The notes under the pieces: generated by a model
The model's input: the letters and a program-made list of their open reading frames with translations, nothing else
Databases searched by the model: none
What the model was told of the DNA's origin: nothing
Position numbers and translations under genes: made by a program
Shown here: positions 28,126 to 43,802 of the stretch, in pieces
Layout: every line of letters begins with the position of its first letter
How positions within the stretch are numbered: the first letter of the stretch is position 1
Assembly: GCA_964016885.1 (NCBI GenBank)
Contig: OZ024746.1
Coordinates: 88,102,001-88,166,000 of the forward strand
Direction: 5' to 3'
Origin: Eledone cirrhosa
Lineage: Eukaryota
DNA length: 64,000 nt

Positions 28126-28904
28126 TAACTAGGAAACCGAATGAATCTCCGATTCAGAGTTAAGACTAAAGTAAATAAAATACAATACAGAGGTAATAGA
28201 TATTAAATAAATACATACACGCATGCAAATACGTACATACACAAATATACGCGAAAACACTTGCCATAGGTATACAAAACCGCGCACATATAAATATTGT
28301 GTGTGTGTGTGTGCGTGTATACAAATAAATAAATAATTAAATAAACGTATATAAATAAATAAATCCGTATATAACAAACGCACACACATACCTACATGTA
28401 AATACACAAATGTTCGGAGACGTAAGTCAACCAAAATATGAAGTACACATATACACACACCCTGCATACTCACACAGACGCAAAATTCCCGTATACACAT
28501 ACCAAACCATATGTACCAGAATATATAAAAAAATTATACGCCATAACATATACAATCAAATATACGTACGAGAAAGTATATGTACCTTCACAAAACATAC
28601 AGGTAATCATTGAAATTTAGAAATTGATAATATTACATATTTGTATAAAGGTAACATTTACAATTGCGTTCCCAGGGACAGCGCAATTCATTTCTAAAGC
28701 TGGTAGAAGTAGAGCAACGTGAAAAAAGTGTATTGCTCAATGTCTAAACACATCATTCTGTCCGAGAAACGAACAACGAACCTCACCATTGCAAGCCGAT
28801 GTAAAATCCCAATCACGGTGCAATGTAACGGTTATATTTGCATGAGATACACAATACGAGCCACGGTCGGGAAATAACCTCTAACCTTCCTCTCTCTTTG
28901 TATA

Positions 28905-29750
28905 TTTGACCTGTGTGAAATCCTGTTCTCGCTCACATCTCACCCATGCCGGATAGTCTGTATCGCTCGTCCATGAATTAACCAAGCTTAAGCTTATAGA
29001 TATGTGCTTGTCTCTTCCAACTTTCCGTTGCAATACCCTCTTTATTTGTTTACATGTTTCGCTCGCTTCACTCTATTTTACTTGTCCCAATAACATTATT
29101 TAGTTATTGCTCGCACCAACCATAGGTATATGATTTTAAAGCGCTGAAATACCAATGAAAGTTGGAAATCACTGATGAAGGATTACTTTTATTCATATGT
29201 AACCCATGTGCAACCACGCAGCAATCCATTTTTCTTATATTTATATTTTTTCCTCAGCTGCGATTGCCTGTTTCTTTCTTACTGCTTCCCCTCTCATTGT
29301 ATCTCTCACCTTCTTTGTACCCCCTCTGCCAGTCACACTCTCTCTCGACTGGCCTCTTCCTCACACTTCCACTCACTCACTCTCTGCTTCTCCCCCTCTC
29401 CCACTTCCTCCTGTGTGACCTGTGTGAAACCCTTTTCTCGCTCACATCTCACCCATGTCGGATGGTCTGTATCTCCATTCCATGAATTCACCAAGCTTAA
29501 GCTTATAGATAGCATGTACTTGTCTCTTCCTATCTTTCCGTTGCAATACCATCTTTGTTTGTTTACATGTCTCGCTCGCTTCACCCTATTTTACTTGTCC
29601 CAATAACTTTATTTAGTTATTGCTCGCACCAACCAGATGTATATGATTTTGAAAGCGATAAAATACCAATGAAGGTTGGAAGATCACTGATGAAAGACTA
29701 AATTTATTCATAACCCATGTGCAACCACGCTGCACTCCATTTTTCTTATA
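28905..29750 (+). repeat. Family B-related repeat, ~510 bp unit in partial direct tandem
   Basis: 28907-29240 recurs at 29416-29750. Both copies contain TTGGAA(A/G)ATCACTGATGAA. Confidence 0.85.
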
Positions 29751-29907
29751 TATATATACATATATATATATATTTATATATATACATGCACATATATTTA
29801 TATATATATACATATATTTATTTATATATATACAAGCACATACATTTATATATATATACATATATTTATTTATATATATACAAGCACATACATTTACATA
29901 TATATAC

Positions 29908-30011
<104 letters not shown>

Positions 30012-30013
30012 GC

Positions 30014-30114
<101 letters not shown>

Positions 30115-30144
30115 TATATATATATATAGACATATATATATATG

Positions 30145-30195
<51 letters not shown>

Positions 30196-30234
30196 ATGTG
30201 CGTGTGCGTGTGTGTATATATGTATGTAAAAGGT

Positions 30235-32500
30235 AAACAGAAATAACAACAAGATCGGCGCAGTATATGGAAGGGATGTATTAAGTTAACGCTTGATATA
30301 GCAGGAAGAGGGTCTTAACATTTCTGACGCTAGTCCTTCATCAGAAGAAATAATGAGAAATAAGGTAGACTGAGGGGACGGGCGGGATGGAATAGGAAAA
30401 AATGTCTTTAGATAAAAATAACAGATCCATTCTCATGTTCACATCTCTTGCAAAACTGTTGGTGCTGGCGTTTTGTGTATGATTTATTTGTCATACACAA
30501 ACGAAATTTAAAAAAAAAACGTTTTGTAAGAAGAGCTATACTTGTACACGTGCGTAAGCATGTGTTAGTTTGTGTGTGTGTATGTGTGTATTACTATACG
30601 TCCTTATGAAGCTAAGAAGAAAAGTATGTGTCTATATATGTGAGTAAATGAGTGTGTCTGCATCTAGTACGACCTATGACCAAATGTATGTTAATATAAG
30701 GGTGTGTATGTGTGTATACTAAGCATTGAAGGGAAAAGTGGAGTGAGCATATATAGTCGTCATGTATTAGTTGTAAGAGAAGCTGCTAATGATCAAGAGA
30801 AAGCGATAGGAATCTAGGGTTGTGATAATGGACGTGGTATTATAGAAATTGGGGAGGTGAGTTGAGTCCAAGAAGGGATTAGGATCGGAGGCGGTGAATC
30901 AAACTTTGTTCAGTCCTGGTGCTCGAGACCTGTGATCCATGATGTAAAACGACGCAAAGGATTGAAACATGTAGGGAAGAATGACCAGGAGAACAGAAAT
31001 GACGGGCGACAGGAGTATCCAAACCGAGTAGTATGTCCCTCAAATGTTCGGCAAAACGGTCCGCCACATGGCGGCCCGTTTGTCCGATATATAAGAACCC
31101 GCAAAAGGAACACCAGATAGCATAGACAACGTGGGTGAATGTGCAGGTGAAGAAATGACTGATACGGAAAACCCGTTAGGGCCTGTAAGAGTGGTGAGGG
31201 TGGAAATCAAGGGACAAGTGTTGCAGCGGGAACGGGAACAAGGATGAGAGCCGGGTGGAGTCGGTGGAGAGGACGAAAAGGAATTGCAAACCAGGAGGTC
31301 GCGGGGGCTGTGAGCCCGCTTAAAAGCAGTAATGGGTTGGTTTGGAAAAAAGCGAGAAGTGACGGCGTCGGAAGAGAGGATACGGAAGGAACGGAGGATA
31401 CGTCGCCGGAGTGGTAGAGTGATGGGGTGGTAGGTGAGATGGAAAGGAACACAGGTCTTCGGAGGGCGGGGGTGAGGTGAGAGGGCTATGGTGCGGTCTG
31501 TTTCACGGGCGCGGGTGAGAGCAGCTTGGATCAGGGTGGGGGATATGCACGCTGGATGAAGCAGGAAGCTATGCGAAGCGAATGGGTTTCGAAATCGTCG
31601 TTCTCGCTACAGAGTCGATGAAGACAGAGGAATTGGGAATAGGGTATGGAGTGTTTGGTGTAGGTCGGATACGAGGAGGTGAAGACGAGGTAAGATTGGG
31701 AGTCTTTTGGTTTAATGAAGATGGAAGTAGAGAGGGTGTGGTGAGAGTGAATAATAGATATAGATATCTAGAAAAGCGACATAAGAATCGGAGACGGAGG
31801 CGGTAAAATTGAGAGCAGGATGGAAAGATTCGACACAAGAAAGAGGACAGTCGAGGTATTCTCGTGATAGAGAGGTGGTGCCGATACAGTCATCGATATA
31901 ACAACCCTATAGATCAGGAGTCGGTCCAGCGTACTGGGAGAAGATCTGGTCTTCGATGTAGCCAACAAACAAGTTTGCATAGTTTGGACCCATTCTGGTT
32001 CCCATCGCTAACCCAAAGACCTGTTGATGAAATTCACCCGAAATTGAAAATCCATTGAGGGGGAGAGCAAGCTCAGCCAGACGGAGAAGAGTGCTGGGGT
32101 AAGGGGTAGGAAGTAAATCTAAAAAATGTTGGAGAGCGCCGAGGCCGTCATCGTGAGGGATGACCGTATAGAGAGAGGTGATGTCCAGGTTAAAGAGTAG
32201 GCGGAAAGAGTAGGGGAAAGAGTAGGGGAAAGAGTTGAAGAGTCTAAGGGCATGATTTGTATCGTGTATGTGGGAGGGGAGATTGCCGACCAACGGAGCT
32301 GGGATGGTGTCTAAATATTCAGACATTATCTCATTTGGGCAGTTGCACGCAGAAACGATAGGACGACCAGGATTATTTTGTTTGTCTATTTTGGGGAGGA
32401 AGTAGATTGTTGATGTGCGAGGGGTGCGTACAATAAAGATGGTGGCTGCGGTGTGTAGGAGAGAGGAGGATGTGAGCTCGTGGATGGTGGAGGACACGAG
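30235..32500 (-). pseudogene. 3' half of a Neptune-like Penelope element (RT core, GIY-YIG, 3' pLTR)
   Basis: IYFLPKIDKQNNPGRPIVS, LDITSLYTVIPH, GLAMGTRMGPNYANLFVG, YIDD, HVVYAIWCSFCGFLYIGQT, RFAEH, PVARHF. Confidence 0.92.
30313..30347 (-). ncRNA. Degenerate minimal hammerhead in the Penelope 3' pLTR
   Basis: Minus strand CTT-CTGATGA-AG-GAC-TAGC-GTC-A-GAAA-TGTT-AAG, at the expected position downstream of the PLE ORF. Confidence 0.55.
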
Positions 32501-34129
32501 CACAAAAACCAGAAACCCTCCATCTCTCTTATGTAGGTCACAGAGGAAATATAACGCAAATAAAATAATAGATCACCAATGTTAAACAATGAATACATTA
32601 TTTAATTTACATCTTTCATTTTACTCCAAAATATGTTATTTCCAATATTTCATTGGTACTACAAAATATGACGTTCCATTTTAAAATTGTTTGAGAACTT
32701 TGCCCAGTCATCGTGATTACTATTAGAGATTAATATTATAAATGAAATTCCATTAGTTTTTCCACAGTAGTGTTTTGCAACGGTAGACATTGATATCAAC
32801 ACACTTTTTTCCTCACGTAAAATATCAAATATTGTTTTTTTTCTATACTTTGCACTCAAAAAGGCAAGTGGGTGTAGTGAAATATGTACATAATGAATCT
32901 GAGATAACTGCTTACTGAACCCGATCATCTTTTAGAAGAATCTTTTGACTTTTCTACAAAAAAAGGAAGTAAAAGATCGAGAATATCATGGAGAGAGAAG
33001 ATAAAATTAATGTTACTTTTGAATTGTTGAAGATTGTATAGTCAGGAAATCAAGAGGCCGATTGAGAATTCCATAGACGAGATTAGCGAGTTAGAAACAA
33101 AACAATCAGAATATAATTTGCGTTTGCATTTAGGATATTCAACTCTAAATGTAGGTAACCTCGGTGTCAATCTGGTGCAGCATTTGAACACGTGAAAATG
33201 GGGGAAAATAAGAAAGTTCATCCGTAGAATTCTCAGCAAAATATTTATAAAAAAATGAATGGCAAAAAGATGTTAGACATTGGCCGCGTGATTTTTATTG
33301 AAGGTGACACGAATAGTATTGAAGAATCTCCTTCGGAATGTATCTAGACTCTGAAAGTGCATAGCAGATACACCAGACAGAACGTTGCAAGAGTATATTA
33401 TATTACGCCGAACGGTAGGTTTATAAAGTATTTCAATGTATTCAAGCTACAAATATTTGTTGGCACGATAGTGCAAACCAACCTTCTGGGCAGCACACTT
33501 GGTAATTAATGTGATATTATCATTCCCGCTCAAAGCTTTGGAGAATATGATCAGCCATTATAATTGAAGGTAAAATTGTTTTTCTCTGGCGATTAAACTA
33601 TAGCCGTTTAGTTTTAGATGCATTAACATTAATAGGTAATTTATTGCCCTCTCAACAACAAATCGAATGTCATATTTGAAATCAGCTACTCATTAAACAT
33701 TATCTACTGTATTTCGGCAAAATAGAAAAGAATTGTTGGTATATGGCGAATATTTATATATTTCCGAACAATATCTATTCAATATCCACAACAAAATAAA
33801 CCAAATATTCAAAATCCTGTAGGAAAGGGGAGACTCTAACGTATGTGACTTCAAGTACCTAAACGTATTGTTATTAGGTATGTCTAGTTATATTTACAAT
33901 GAAGAATGAGAGACTACCGATAGGTTTACAACAGCAGCTATATATTTCTCCTTATATGTGATATAATAATGTTTTATGATGATCTTATAATTATCGTACG
34001 AGTAGAGTAACGATTCCTTCTTTAGGGATATACGGTACATATTTTTAATTTCTGGTCTGATCTGTTCCAATCCTCATTGTTGACGGGTCCGTACCTTGAA
34101 CATTTTTTAACAATGTTCTCCGTGATAAT

Positions 34130-35400
34130 TCTCCATTATAAACATCAGATATACCAGCGTTCTCCATGTACAATACTTCATATAATCAGAACAGCATCAC
34201 CTTCTGGTTCCTCTTCGTCTCTTACCATCGATGCATACCTCAAGGATGTGGCTCCAGACTCTTTGGATTCTGATGACCAGGTTAAATTCTCGCATCTTTT
34301 ACCACGAACTGATTTCAAGACTAGGATGTTTGTTCAGTGGTCCGCCAAGTTGTTGCACAGTATCCGTCTGTGGTATTTAAATACAAAAGGACATGTTTTT
34401 ATTAACAGTGATGATGTTAAGTGTCTAGTGTTCACAGTCATAAAGTGCCCCCTCTCACATTAGATTATTAATCCTGATGTAGTGATTACCATTCTTCGGT
34501 TCCTATATATTTGAATTCATCTAATTGTGTTAGCATAATACCTCGATATTGATAACTCAGCTACACCGAGTTACTTGTGCCTGTCATGCCGCAAATAACT
34601 TGTTGTTGATCTAAAGCTGATATTCACTCAATGCCTTTTCCAAATGGTTAAGTAATTTTGGTGTTACATTTAATATGTTACTATCCACACGGTATAATTG
34701 GCAAACCGTAGATTATCAAGATTTAGGATACTAATGTTTATTCCTATCCAATATAACTCGTCTGCTGAGTGTCACTTCATCTATTGATTGTAAAGGTGGA
34801 AACACGTGACATATACGAAGCAGTTTTGCTTCTATCTGATGGCAAACCCTTCCGGTGGATAACTCTCCATTTCACTCATTGCAAGCTATCCACTTTAATA
34901 GGTTGACACATTCCCGAGTATCGTCTACAGAGTTGAGTATCGAAATAGGTCAGATGATTTCTGGTAATCAACGAAGTTTATTGGCAGGGTACATTTTACT
35001 CATATGCCTTTCAATAACATTTCTGATGTTGCCGATCTGATCTCTCGCCCCAAGGTTTTTTGTGAGCAAGTCTGCACTTTGATGAACATTTTCCTTACTG
35101 CCTTCTATATTCTCTAATAGGTATTTGTTTGGTATGACTGAATAGTGTAATGCTGTGATGTTTTTATTGCTATTTGAAATAAGACGGAACGCTGACTTCA
35201 GGCTGTCCATAAGCAAGCCACTTGGTTCCATAATTTGTTTATCCAGTTTGCGTAGTACTTCGCTCATCATGCGGTTCACCTTCTTCAACAGCTCTGCTGG
35301 GATTTTAAACTACCTCTGGCTTTGGTCTTCATCATTCGTCTGCTGGTCTCCATCGCCCTATATTCCTGGATGAGTCGTCACGGTTATCATCGATGCGATA
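34130..35400 (-). pseudogene. Heavily decayed RTE-type LINE
   Basis: KIPAELLK (pre-RT motif) near 35300, RPISIL-like near 34945, ILEVCIDGKRRRG near 34220. Confidence 0.6.
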
Positions 35401-35973
35401 AAGACCCTCGCCGTAGGCATGTAGTTGTGAGTATTGATAAATCTCTCGCCATAATCATTCCTTCGTCATGATAAAGAATCGTGCCACTGTTCTCACATTT
35501 TTCAGATCTTTCTTTGACACTACTGAGGAAATGTAATCCAATACAACATGTCAGAAGTTTGGTTCGTCCCAGAGAAAATCGCAAACCGAACCAACGTTGC
35601 TTGGTGAGGGAGGTTTTGAAAAACTAATCTGTTCACGCTCATCAAGCAGTGTGTACATATGTATAAAATGTGTCTCAGTGGGTGTTATGTGGATGTGTAC
35701 AGACACACGGACTGCGTGTGTCTGTATAAGATTATATATATTTTACATTTATTATGTTTTTCTGCAAGATGGGGACAATCGCACGTCGTTTCAGCAATGT
35801 CAATAAAATGAAAAGAATGACATTCATCTAACGAATTTCGAAAAGAAATAATTTATCGCTGTTCTCACTGGTTTAAAATAAATGATACAACATTTAGTTA
35901 GGTTGCTGTACAAATTATAGATATAGGCGTAACAGGATTGTTTGGAAAGGAATATTCAATTATTCATTCTCAG

Positions 35974-36169
35974 GCGGGAATTAAAAGCAACTGAAATTAT
36001 CGCTGCTGTACCAGATATCACTGAGCTTTTTAATACATGTAACACCAGAGAACAAATTGACTTGCTTCGGGGTCTTTTAAATTTAGAATATCAATTTGCA
36101 TATGATGACAAACGTCACCCAGGCAGAACAGATAAATCTGAGACACAAGAAATAACGACAAATAAATAA
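35974..36169 (+). CDS. Candidate terminal exon (RELKATEIIAAVPDITELFNTCNTREQIDLLRGLLNLEYQFAYDDKRHPGRTDKSETQEITTNK*)
   Basis: tattcattctcag| acceptor, 64 open codons to TAA, AATAAA overlapping the stop. The phase matches the donor at 18998 (AG|G = Arg). Confidence 0.5.
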
Positions 36170-37146
36170 AGTTGCATTTAATAGACATTTTCAAAAAATA
36201 TTTTCAGCCAGGGAATCCTGATATGTACTTAAAGAATGCTGTGCAAATTCCAGTTACACAGATATATGAGATCCATTCTCATATATCATTTGCTTCAGGT
36301 GTAAGCGAAACGTGGCAAATATCTGATTGAAACACAACGCCAGCAATTTGTGGACGGAAGACAATCCATTCTATTGAATACCTTCTTGAATAGTAATTTA
36401 CTTTATTGACACCGACAGGATGATACTGTCGAATTACGCAGGATATGAGCGCAGAACATTGAAAGGTGAAATAAGTAACGCAAAATATTTTATCTATTTC
36501 TATAAATCACCATCATCTATAATATTTAAATTATATATATAATACAACCGAAAAATAATTAGAAATCATTCGTGGCTATCGTTGGAAATGAACCTCAAAC
36601 ATAGACAATACGTTCTTAGTCTCATGCTTTTGTTCACTCTTAGTTCCGAGATATCAAGAACTTTATCATCACAACGAACAATAAATTTGACAAAGCGAAA
36701 ACAATATCTTTTGTAGCTTGAAGCCACGTCACTTCGCAAAGATAATAACATAAAACAAATCGAAAGTGTCTTAATATGATATTGGGCAGGATGTTATAAC
36801 AGTTTCCAAACTATCTAAGAAAAAAAAACCAATCTAATACAAGTCGACTATAAAGTTAGCGACCCGTGTCAAGAGGGTCACCAACACGAGAATTTCGAGT
36901 AAAACTAATTTAAGATAAGATTCTTCTAGCAGATTTTTCAAGCAATATCTCACTCGGAAGCAAGTGAATTTATGCCAGTAATCAAACGGTGATATTTAAT
37001 TTACAAAAGCAGGCAAGTCAACAAAAATTGGAACAGCTATAAATCTAGTATTGGGTACCATAGAAAAATTGCATTACATACAAACACATACACACACAGC
37101 AGAACCTCACGCAGATATATATATATATATATTTGATATATATATA

Positions 37147-37222
<76 letters not shown>

Positions 37223-37287
37223 ATCTATGTATATATGTATATATATATATACATGTACTCATTCATATATATAAATATATAAACATA

Positions 37288-37352
<65 letters not shown>

Positions 37353-37693
37353 TGCATTTATACATGGATATACATTATATCCGCAGGTATAGAACATGTG
37401 AGTTCGTGTGACGTGTGGTTGTGTAGAAGTGGAAGGGTGTGGATGCGTGTACTAATATTTTTCTCACAAAAAGTAAAGTTTTCCTTTACTTCCACTTATC
37501 AATCTACTGTATCCTGTGATATCTTATTTTATCCCTTATTTTATCTTCCGATAAAAGAACGGCATCTAACACATCGCAACCCTTTTGGTACAGTATTAAG
37601 AGTTATTATTAAAATATATCCATATACACTGTTGTTTGATTTATAGTTATCAAATTACTTCTCATATATATATAAACGTATATATGACTTATC

Positions 37694-37737
<44 letters not shown>

Positions 37738-37743
37738 CTTATC

Positions 37744-37870
<127 letters not shown>

Positions 37871-38650
37871 TAAGCTGATAGGTTTTTATGTTTTGGTTCA
37901 TAGAAGGAACACGAGCAATACCTCAGACTTGTAGTTCCAATATCGACCATATCTCTAGATTTTAAGATTATTAAAGTTCAGGACATAATCACCAGGTGAT
38001 TATATATGTTTTTGGGATAGCGTTAAATGTAAAATGAGCTAGAATACAAGGTTACGAAAGAAGGTATTTTATCAATGGAAAACTAATAATTCAAGAACGA
38101 AATTGTTGTGGTTACTTCCATCTTAAAGCAAACGACTTGCCAACTGGAAATACTCAACACATTCAACTGGTTTTTCAACTACCATAATTTGATTTATCTG
38201 CCGTCTTACTATTTTTTCGTTTTCCTTCTTTTTCCACATTTCGATAAAAGTATACAACTTTTATAATTCTCTCTTCATAAATAATAAATATTACCATCTC
38301 TATATTACATACTGCGACAAAATAGCATACATCTGCTCTAGCGCACAGAAACTAGCACATGCTCGAATTATTTCGAAGTACATTTAGGAGTTATTTCCCT
38401 TTGTCAACTACGTGTACTGGATTGTTTAAATATCAGATAAACTAACACACCATCCCTACCTAGTCTAGACTCTGTATGTCGGCAACCACTGCCAACATCT
38501 AAGCCCAAGTAACTGTGAGTAACCCAGTATCATAAACAATATCTTACGAGATATATATCATAGGCTTTATAATATAATCTATAAGTCTATGACCACCATC
38601 ATCATTTTATTCTTCATTTTAGTTTAGTTTATAATACCCTATACAATGAT

Positions 38651-38832
38651 GGATTGGCAGTATAGGTAGAGGGTCGGGAACAATGCTTTCACGCAGAGTT
38701 ATGGCCCTTTATGGACAGAGTTCAAATCCCGCCGAGTTTATCCGCCTTTCATCCTTACGGGGTCGATAAAACACCAATAATGCACTGGGGTAATTGCTGG
38801 CCTTGTGCAAACAATAGAAAACATTATTATTC
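38651..38832 (+). mobile_element. tRNA-derived SINE (MetaSINE-like)
   Basis: GAGTTCAAATCCCGCCGAG, GCCTTTCATCCTTACGGGGTCGATAAA. Confidence 0.85.
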
Positions 38833-38999
38833 TCATTTATCAATTTTTTTTATTTTTAAATATTTAATTGTTATATTCAAACATTTTTTGATTTAAAAGA
38901 AATGTTTTTTTAATTATCTTTTCTAATTTTATTTTATTTACATCCATTCCATCAAAAACTTACGGGAGCGATTCCATAACAGTCTATCCACCACATACT

Positions 39000-40010
39000 T
39001 TTTCTTCTTCTTCTTCTTATTCTTCTTCTTCTTCTTCTTCTTCTTCTTCTTCTTCTGCTTCTTCTTCTTCTTCTTCTTCTTCGCCCACTTAATCATTGGC
39101 GTGGAGCAGAATGCTCTAACATTCCATCCGGTGGTTCTTGTCAGAAACAACCGTTTCCAACTGATCCGGCTTGGTTACCATTGCTCAGGGGAATCTTTCC
39201 AGCAAACATTTCCGGAGTCATTCTAATCATATGCCCAGAATATCGAAGGTATTATTTCTTACTTCGGAGACGTAGTTGCTCTACCTGGAGAGACGCTCTA
39301 ATCTCCGAGCGACAGACATGTAGCCTTTCTCCAAAGACCTTCGAAGGTAACACATTCCGGTCATGATCATAGGTAAGGGTTGCTACGAATATCGAGTTGA
39401 AATTTGCACGTTTTGCCTGTCGACCTACACCCCTTGATCACCGCATGCGGATCTGGCGCATCTCCAGAACTTCTTGCACGTAATTCAGCTTCCTGACTTT
39501 CATCACTCGTGAACATAGCACAGAGATGGTTAACCTCTCCACCTTCTTCATTGGAGTTTCATTTACATGTAGGGTGCACTGCGCAGGCTTCCTCGAGACG
39601 ACGTATCTTTCAGTTTCCGCACAACTGATTTTCATTTCAGCCTTTCAGCAATCGGTATCAAACTTATCAAGCGCAAGTCGGAGATCAGCATCTGTAGGGT
39701 TGAGCTTCACGGTGTCGTCGATAAATTCCAGCCGACATAATTTAAAGTCTCCAGTCCTGATACCACTTCAGACCCGGCTGCGCATGTCAATACTCTTCTT
39801 TCAAATGCTTTGATGGAACACCATTTATCCGAACATAAATACTCGAGCCTTCTTATAGAGATATATTATGGCAGCAGGAAGCTGACCTTCGAGCGTTTAC
39901 ACATGCAGAATCTTCCACAGCAGTTTTCGAAGAACGCTGACATATGACTTTTGAGGTTCACAAATCAAACGTCTACCTTCTGGCATTACTCCCACGGTTT
40001 CTCGTAGAAG
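39000..40010 (-). pseudogene. 3' part of an RTE-type LINE with a (GAA)n tail
   Basis: RT-like fragments (LLWKIL..AIISLY; LKIS.AET; KVE..YL..MFTSD) and a (CTT)n tract at 39003-39081. Homologous to 54985-55600. Confidence 0.75.
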
Positions 40011-40071
40011 GGTGAGATATTATTGTGTGCATTTGATTAGCTATATCCACCTATCTATCTATCTATCTATC

Positions 40072-40192
<121 letters not shown>

Positions 40193-40479
40193 TAAAGTAC
40201 AGCATATTCGAAGCTCGAGCCGCAGGTATACAGATGAATGCCTTCAGCAGTGCAGCCAAGCACTCGACAAGGTATAACACCTCAGAGTAATAACATACAG
40301 TTTAAAGGGATTTGCACATTGAAGATAGCGACTTTGCAAATTGAAGATAGGTAATTTAGCCGCGGGCTCCGTAGCAACGAACGAACTGACTCGCGTGAAA
40401 AATACATACATATATACATATATATATACACACACACACACACATACACACATATATATATATATATATATAAATATAT

Positions 40480-40880
40480 ATGAATAAAGTTAGTTCTTCA
40501 TCAGTGATCTTCCAACCATCATTGTTATTTCATCGCTTTAAAGACCATATACCACCGGTTGGTGCGAGCAACGGCTAAAAAAGTCGTTGGGACACGTAAA
40601 TAAAGGGGACACGAGAGTGTAAACAAACAAAGATGGTGAAGCAACGACAAGTGAGGAAGAAGGAGTCAAGTCCCAAATTTCCATGAATATAAGTTCGGAA
40701 TGTGAGCAAGGAAGGTTGGAATGTGAGCAAGGAAGGAATTCTGTACAGGTCTAACGGGAGGAAGAAGGAATCTAGTCTGTGAATTCGGTAAACAAAAGTT
40801 CTGTGAAATCGTAGACGAGAGAGAGGAAAAAAAGAAAACCTGCATGACCAAGGGTGCGAAAGAAAAGAATTATGCACAGG
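40480..40880 (-). repeat. Family B copy
   Basis: CTTCATCAGTGATCTTCCAACC..GGTGCGAGCAACGGCTAAAAAAGTCGTTGGGACACG is the reverse complement of ~2660-2945. Confidence 0.85.
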
Positions 40881-40910
40881 TCAAACGGGAAGAAGGAGGA
40901 GGAGAGGTAG

Positions 40911-40948
<38 letters not shown>

Positions 40949-40988
40949 TGTATGCATAGTATATTTGGCAATATACCGTATGTTTAAT

Positions 40989-41043
<55 letters not shown>

Positions 41044-41538
41044 CATTCTGTTGAGAACATAATACGTTTTGTGATATTTTGCAATTTTGTAATATTACAC
41101 ACTGAATTCTTCCGCCAAAAATAAGTGTTGTCTCCCTTGCCGAGCCCCTCGTTGCTATTGGTAACGGTCAATCCTTGGCCTGGTACTTGAACTAAAACCC
41201 GTTGAGAAAGGGACTTCCTTGTTGAATCATCTTACCAAAAGCTTAACATTATTCGTCTACGCGGAAAGTACTTGATTTAGGAGTCGCAGAATCCCAAATG
41301 CTGGATTTTATCCCCATCCAGGGGTCCGAGTATATTTTTCAATCACATTTTCTTATTTGTTTGACCCGAATTACTTGGTCGTGTCTATGGGTGTGCGGAT
41401 AATGGTTTAACAATCGTCTCAGTGTGTTTGGCCTTTTAACTCTGTTGTAGCTCTGGATCGTTAGAATCTATTGAGCGCTTGCCACACACCTCGGAAGTTG
41501 TTTTTCATTGATTTCCAATAGCCGAAATACGATTCTCG

Positions 41539-41612
<74 letters not shown>

Positions 41613-41636
41613 CTTATATATATATATATATATATA

Positions 41637-41703
<67 letters not shown>

Positions 41704-41768
41704 TTATATATATATATATATATATACTTATATATATATATATATATACTTATATATATATATATATA

Positions 41769-41884
<116 letters not shown>

Positions 41885-42552
41885 CTAATATAATTGTATA
41901 TATATGTATATTCCATTCACCACTTTATCCTGCCAATTCTTCGAAAATAATCAGAATCCTATATATAGCCACGTTCACATTCATCACTTGCCTATAGCTT
42001 TATCTATTACATGTAATACCTTCTTCTTTCACATAGCCCTATCCTCCTCCATTGCCACAACCACCAAGTCCACCATACCTTAAATGCCCCTTGTCAATTA
42101 AATACCCCTTCCCAACTGGTGTCTTCCATTATCTTGTGTATTCCCGGAAAATTTGAAAGTAGTTGTTTCATCGATTGTTAACATGAGTACGCCGCTTTCA
42201 AAATTACAAAACTGACGATGTTGTACATTACAATGCTTAATGCAATTTTGTTATATCTCACTTATTTCCCGCCTGCAATCGGATATATAATTCTATGACA
42301 GCATACAACCTGAAATACGTTTCAGATCTTCATATATAGTGAATTATTATCACGCCTGAATTGTCAGTTATCAGCGAGTGTTGAGAAGGATGCTGTGAAA
42401 TTGGCGAAACGAATGTGTTAAATAAGATTGTCTACTACACAAGCAAATTAATAGTAATGTAAGAAATCCTCAATGTATTGGTTATATTGTTATAATTGTA
42501 GCTATTCCACACCTCACGGGAGAAATATAATTTGTTCATTTATATATAATAA

Positions 42553-42905
42553 ACATCATTATCCGGCTGCCTCAGTCGGAATGGACTCAACAAATGATCT
42601 CCACGTAGGGCTGTCGTTCATTGCCATTGCCAAGATTTCAATATCAGGAACCCTGAATTTGATATCAGGATAGGAACGCTTGCCACCACCCACTGTTATT
42701 ATTGACTGCTTGTGGTTTCCAAATCACTAATGCGGACACATCCTCATAGGTGGCACGATGGCTATGGTCTGCAAATCTCACTCTCCTTTTACGTACAACG
42801 ACATATATGCGTGTGAGGCCGGCATATCTCTCTCTCAAAGTCAGATGTCGCCAGCTTATGTTCTGAATGCGTTGAAGCAGGCGAGGGTAAGTGACATCAA
42901 GGTGC
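42553..42905 (-). pseudogene. 3' fragment of an RTE/RTE-X LINE
   Basis: LDVTYPRLLQRIQNISW..RKRRVRFADHSHRA..LVIWKP, followed by a (GAT)n-like tail. Confidence 0.75.
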
Positions 42906-43757
42906 TTTTTTGGTTTGGATGAAATATATAGAACACATGTACACAAAGACAAAAATACAAATACGGAAATATATGTACATATAGAGAAACATATGTACAC
43001 ATACAGAAACACCCATACACATACACTCGAAGTGAAACAAAAATCGAAATATAGTTTAGCACGACCTTCTGTGTACTGTTGACAATAATCATGTTCTCCT
43101 TGAAACACAGGTTTGTCGGGATATTATACGGATGCCAAGGTTTAGTCCTCACAGTGGGGTCATCTACTATCAACAAAAATCCAACATGTATGTCACTTGC
43201 GGAGTAAATTCAAAGTGGGGCAGAACGTTCTCTCATTTACGGAGGTCATTTATTGCAAATATGCAGAGAAAGAAGAAAGGTGTACAAAGAAGTTCAATCA
43301 AGATGAATTCGCCCTCTTCATGGAGAGTTTGAAACAACACACCTGATAAGTGGACCTCCCAAAACAGACAAGTGAAACATGATATCAGGTTGCCCATCGC
43401 TGTGGAGGCTGCCCGACTATATCGAAGGTAACCTTCCTAACGGCTCGTGGCCGCATTGTTAGTCGACACATGCGACCCGTTCTCTAACAGAAGAGCTCCG
43501 CCGAGAAAGTTCCTGCTCTTTACCTATACGGGCTGTGATGTTCTTTGTTTCAATTGTCAACAATTGCTCCCTTCTGTAATATCTTTGGTGTGTCAGGATA
43601 TACAATATTTGTGCAGTCCATTTCACGCTTCCTAGGACAGGCCACAGGGTCGTTGCTGCGCTGGTTTTCCTACATGAAATGGAGATGTAGAAAAGATCTG
43701 AAGCTATTGATTAAAGATGAAGAAGAAATTATTTCCGTAATCATTTAAATTAGTGCC

Positions 43758-43797
<40 letters not shown>

Positions 43798-43802
<5 letters not shown>

